Shown one piece after another: positions 35,034 through 38,438 of a stretch of 38,438 nt of DNA. A model generated the notes under the pieces. That model ran no database searches. It was given only the letters and a program-made list of their open reading frames with translations, and had not been told where the DNA came from. The position numbers and the translations under genes were made by a program. Every line of letters starts with the position of its first letter. Positions within the stretch are counted from its first letter, which is position 1. Source of the DNA: Verrucomicrobiota bacterium (GTDB taxonomy: Bacteria > Verrucomicrobiota > Verrucomicrobiia > Limisphaerales > UBA1412); contig JAEENR010000223.1 of the NCBI GenBank assembly GCA_016283885.1, forward strand, positions 1-38,438, read 5' to 3'.

Positions 35034-36023
35034 ATGAATAGAAGATCTTTTTTAAGAAATTTAGCTCTGGGAGCGGCCGGCGGTTACAGCGCGCTGCTCG
35101 CCGGTTGTGTCAGTACCGAGCCTCAGCCCGAACCGGGTGTGGTGAAGTACTCTAATACGCCGGATCAGGCGGAACTGATCTCGGATCCGCATTTTTTGAA
35201 AGGCTTTCAGCTGGTGGATCCTGAGGCTCGCACTTCCAATTACGGGATCTGGTGTCCTTTCTTTGAGACGACACCGGTCTGGAAACTGGCTCAGTGGCAC
35301 ACGATCCAGAAACTTTCCCCTAACGGGATGCAGCGGACGGCCAGCCGTGATTCGGCGCAGATCGCCAATGACTGCAAGGCTGTCACCGTGACCACACCGG
35401 AACATTCCAGATCGGATCTGATCCTGGAAGTCCTTGGCAATACGGAATATCAGGGAACGCCCCGCGCCGGCGATGAACCCTGGGTGCATCTGCTGGTGGA
35501 GCAGGCGATCGAGACCAAGCCGCGTTTGGTGGATCTGACCGCGCTGAACTTCCATCTGGAGGCTCGTCTGCTGTTTGCCAAGCTGTACAAACCCAAACAA
35601 TTCGATGAGACCAAACACGCGGCTCAATATCAGGTTTTCTTCTACCTGCAGGATACCAACCGCAAGTCGGAAGGCTACGGAGAGATGATCTGGTTTGGTG
35701 TTCCGGTCTATGACAACCGCGAATGGATGACCGACCGCTATGAGGCGGCGGATTTTGCCGGTTCGGGGATGTTTATCTGTACTTTAGCGCATGAGGATGT
35801 CTGCCCGGATTCCGCTCACGGCGGCAAGTGGATCACGCTGGAGGCGGATCTGCTGCCCCAGATGAAGGAAGCCTTCTCGATCGCCCAAAAGAAGGGCTTT
35901 ATGCAAAAGACCAAAAGCCTGGAGGATATCCGTCTGACCGGGATGAATATGGGCTGGGAAGTGCCGGGACTGCTGGATGTCAGCTTGCAGACACGCAATC
36001 TGAGTCTGCGCTGCGAGTCATAA
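35034..36023 (+). CDS. Tat-exported lipoprotein of unknown function (possible GH12-like jelly roll)
   Basis: MNRRSFL twin-Arg motif plus LAGC lipobox; Trp-rich beta domain. Confidence 0.75.
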   Translation: MNRRSFLRNLALGAAGGYSALLAGCVSTEPQPEPGVVKYSNTPDQAELISDPHFLKGFQLVDPEARTSNYGIWCPFFETTPVWKLAQWHTIQKLSPNGMQRTASRDSAQIANDCKAVTVTTPEHSRSDLILEVLGNTEYQGTPRAGDEPWVHLLVEQAIETKPRLVDLTALNFHLEARLLFAKLYKPKQFDETKHAAQYQVFFYLQDTNRKSEGYGEMIWFGVPVYDNREWMTDRYEAADFAGSGMFICTLAHEDVCPDSAHGGKWITLEADLLPQMKEAFSIAQKKGFMQKTKSLEDIRLTGMNMGWEVPGLLDVSLQTRNLSLRCES

Positions 36024-36043
36024 CAGGCACACTCCCTATAAGC

Positions 36044-36071
36044 AAAAGAGCCGCAGAACGCGGCTTTTTTT
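36044..36071. terminator. Bidirectional terminator
   Basis: AAAAG-AGCCGC-agaac-GCGGCT followed by a T-run, between convergent genes. Confidence 0.8.
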
Positions 36072-36107
36072 ATTTTCGGATTTTCCGGCTTTTTTGTAAA
36101 AACGGCG

Positions 36108-36947
36108 CTAAGGTCTCTTGCCAAAGGGGAGTACGATGCGGTTAAAAGAGTTGCTGGATTGAGCCAGATAACTTTGGAGATTGGTATTTAAGATTGTTTT
36201 TTGCACGGAACCATCCGCGAAAGTGACATTTCCTCTGTCAGTATGAAGTTCCGGGGTCCATTGGATATCTGAAAGGCTTTCCGGATCGGGTTCAGTGCCT
36301 CTCTGGAAAAGAATAGGATTGACGCTGTTTGTCATTACGGGCAAACGGGAACAGAACAGATTGCGGTCACCAAAGAGAAAGACTTTGGGAGTCTGGCCAT
36401 CATTGACTATTTCCAAATTGATGAAATAGGAAATGTTATACCTTCCACCATTTGGATCTTTAAGCATATCTTGAGAGTTTTTGATTTTTTTATTTATTGA
36501 TAAATCTGAGGGACAGTTTAGCAAACGAAAGTCTACTATTTCATTGCTGCAAACAATGAAATGGTATGAAAAAGCTAAATCTTTTGAGAAATTGTTTGTC
36601 CGATACCAGCCAGTGAGATCCGGGATTTGATTTAAGTTTATTTCCTTTGCGGAGATTGAAGGAGTAAGATCATCTGAAAGAAAAGGTTCAGCCAGTTCTT
36701 TTGTTCCTCCTTCGGAAACAGGGACACCCCAAGGGAAGCGCTCCTCATTGTCAAGGGCATACTCTCTTGCAGCTAATCCCAGTTGTTTTAAATTCCCCAT
36801 ACAAGCAACGTTATTAGCACGAATAGGGGTGATGGGAACTAAAGCAGGAAGTATTACAAGCAATAGTGCAACAATACAGACAATACAAATGATCAGTTCA
36901 ACGAGTGTAAATGCTGTAATTCTTTTGGAATGGGTAACTGTTTTCAT
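36108..36947 (-). CDS. Prepilin-type N-terminal cleavage protein with H-X9-DG motif (DUF1559-like), copy 1
   Basis: A|FTLVEL + hydrophobic helix, CMGNLKQLGLA, CPSD, C-terminal H-TDRGNVTFA-DG. Confidence 0.9.
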   Translation of the reverse strand: MKTVTHSKRITAFTLVELIICIVCIVALLLVILPALVPITPIRANNVACMGNLKQLGLAAREYALDNEERFPWGVPVSEGGTKELAEPFLSDDLTPSISAKEINLNQIPDLTGWYRTNNFSKDLAFSYHFIVCSNEIVDFRLLNCPSDLSINKKIKNSQDMLKDPNGGRYNISYFINLEIVNDGQTPKVFLFGDRNLFCSRLPVMTNSVNPILFQRGTEPDPESLSDIQWTPELHTDRGNVTFADGSVQKTILNTNLQSYLAQSSNSFNRIVLPFGKRP

Positions 36948-36950
36948 AAA

Positions 36951-37790
36951 CTAAGGTCTCTTGCCAAAGGGGAGCACGATGCGGTTGAAAGAGTTAGAGG
37001 ATTGTATGTAATTATGAAACTTATATCTGTTACTGCCATGTAGTTGCTCTACATGAGCATCCGCAAAAACGGCTTTTATACCATCGCCATGAATATAACC
37101 ATGGACATCTGAGAAGTTTTCCGGATCGGGATCAGTACCTCGTTGGAAAAGAATTGGATTGGTATTGTTTGTCATCACGGGAAAGCGAGAGCAATATAAG
37201 CCTCGGTCTCCAAAGAGAAAGGCATTAGGGTTATTGGGATCAGAGTCATTGACTGTTTCCAAATTGATAAAGTAAGAGATGTTATATCTCCCGCCATCTG
37301 GGCTTTGGAGCATATCTTGAGCGTTTATATTTTTTTTCTTTATTGATAAATCTGAGGGACAAATCAGCAGACGAAAGTTAATTATTTCATTGCTCATAAC
37401 TATGAAGTGGTATGAAAATGCTGATTTTTGCGAGAGATTGTTTGTTCGATACCAACCAGTTGGATCCGGAATCTGATTCAAATCTATTTCTTTTGCGGAG
37501 AGTGAAGGAGTAAGATCATCTGAAAGAAAAGGTTCTGCCAGTTCTTTTGTTCCACCTTCTGAAACGGGGATGGTCCAGGGAAAACGCTCCTCATTATCAA
37601 TAGCATACATTCTTACAGATAATCCCAGTTGTTTTAGATTTCCAGAACAAACAACAGTTTTATCATAAGAGTGAGGGTGAGAGATTAGAGGGAGTATTAC
37701 AAGCAACAGTCCAACAATACAACCTATACAGATAATCAATTCAACGAGTGTAAACGCTGTGGTTCTTTTGGAATGTGCGGTTGTTTTCAT
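36951..37790 (-). CDS. Prepilin-type H-X9-DG family paralog, copy 2 (H-X9-DA)
   Basis: A|FTLVEL, CSGNLKQLGL, CPSD, H-GDGIKAVFA-DA; same C-terminus SFNRIVLPFGKRP. Confidence 0.9.
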   Translation of the reverse strand: MKTTAHSKRTTAFTLVELIICIGCIVGLLLVILPLISHPHSYDKTVVCSGNLKQLGLSVRMYAIDNEERFPWTIPVSEGGTKELAEPFLSDDLTPSLSAKEIDLNQIPDPTGWYRTNNLSQKSAFSYHFIVMSNEIINFRLLICPSDLSIKKKNINAQDMLQSPDGGRYNISYFINLETVNDSDPNNPNAFLFGDRGLYCSRFPVMTNNTNPILFQRGTDPDPENFSDVHGYIHGDGIKAVFADAHVEQLHGSNRYKFHNYIQSSNSFNRIVLPFGKRP

Positions 37791-37793
37791 AAG

Positions 37794-38438
37794 CTAAGGT
37801 CTCTTACCAAAGGGGAGCACGATGCGGTTGAAAGAGTTAGTGGATTGAGTCAGATAACTTTGGAGTTTGGTATTTGTGAATTGCCGTACAGAATAATCTA
37901 TAAAAGCGACGTTTCCACCAATATCATGTTGAAGATGAAGTTTCGCAGGCCACCATTGGACATCTGAAAAGTTTTCAGGATCGGGTTCAGAGCCTCGCTG
38001 AAAAAGGATAGGGTTGACGCTGTTTGTCATCACAGGAAAACGGGAACAGAGTAAACTACGGTCTCCAAAGATAATTGTATTGGAATGAGCAGTATCATTG
38101 ACTGTCTCTAAATTGATGAAGTAAGAAATGTTATATCTCCCGCCGTTTGGATCTTGGAGCATATCTTGAGTGCTTTTGATTTTTTTATTTATGGATAAAT
38201 CTGCGGGACAGCTGACAAGACGGAAGTCTCCTAATTGATTGCTGCAAGTGATGAAATTATATGAAATGGCTAAATTTTTTGAGAAATTGTTTGTCCGATA
38301 CCAGTCAGATGGATCAGGGATCTGATTTAAATCTATTTCCTTTGCGGAGAGTGAAGTGGTGGCATCCACTGAAAGAAAAGGTTCAGCCAGTTCTTTGGTT
38401 CCACCCTCAGAAACTGGAATACCCCAGGGAAAACGATA
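37794..38438 (-). CDS. Prepilin-type H-X9-DG family paralog, copy 3 (H-X9-DY), 5'-truncated by the window edge
   Basis: Frame open to 38438 (YRFPWGIPVSEGGTKELAEPFLS...); CPAD; H-DIGGNVAFI-DY; same C-terminus. Confidence 0.88.
   Translation of the reverse strand, partial: YRFPWGIPVSEGGTKELAEPFLSVDATTSLSAKEIDLNQIPDPSDWYRTNNFSKNLAISYNFITCSNQLGDFRLVSCPADLSINKKIKSTQDMLQDPNGGRYNISYFINLETVNDTAHSNTIIFGDRSLLCSRFPVMTNSVNPILFQRGSEPDPENFSDVQWWPAKLHLQHDIGGNVAFIDYSVRQFTNTKLQSYLTQSTNSFNRIVLPFGKRP

Overview
A 38.4-kb chromosomal window made mostly of housekeeping and envelope genes. The host is most likely a Verrucomicrobiota (PVC) bacterium, inferred from a PEP-CTERM protein, prepilin H-X9-DG proteins, FGE-sulfatase-domain proteins, an RRM protein, hopanoid genes and Tat-exported Gfo/Idh/MocA. 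Contents in order: a 5'-truncated NupG-like MFS permease with an extra C-terminal domain; a Tat oxidoreductase; an AcrAB-type RND pump; argJ-argB-argD-argF behind a long structured leader; a PEP-CTERM protein; an orphan parB; a SahR-like ArsR-methyltransferase; a secreted Ala-rich protein; a GlcF-like/methyltransferase/rmlC operon; an RRM protein; tolC-tetR; an orphan ABC ATPase; a six-gene run (double FGE/C-lectin protein, sensor kinase, sigma54 regulator, poly-His membrane protein, hpnD, hpnK); tRNA-Ser(GCT); tatA-tatC-hisD-Tat lipoprotein; and an AT-rich tandem array of at least three H-X9-DG prepilin-like paralogs running off the right edge. I saw no integrase, transposase, reverse transcriptase or CRISPR array. 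Best leads: the 843-bp-period mosaic prepilin array, a folded RNA element upstream of the arginine operon, the DGR-target-like double FGE protein at the head of a sigma54/hopanoid operon, a Tat lipoprotein with a divergent GH12-like signature, and REP-like three-hairpin elements. All functional calls come from motif recognition by eye; no database searches were run.
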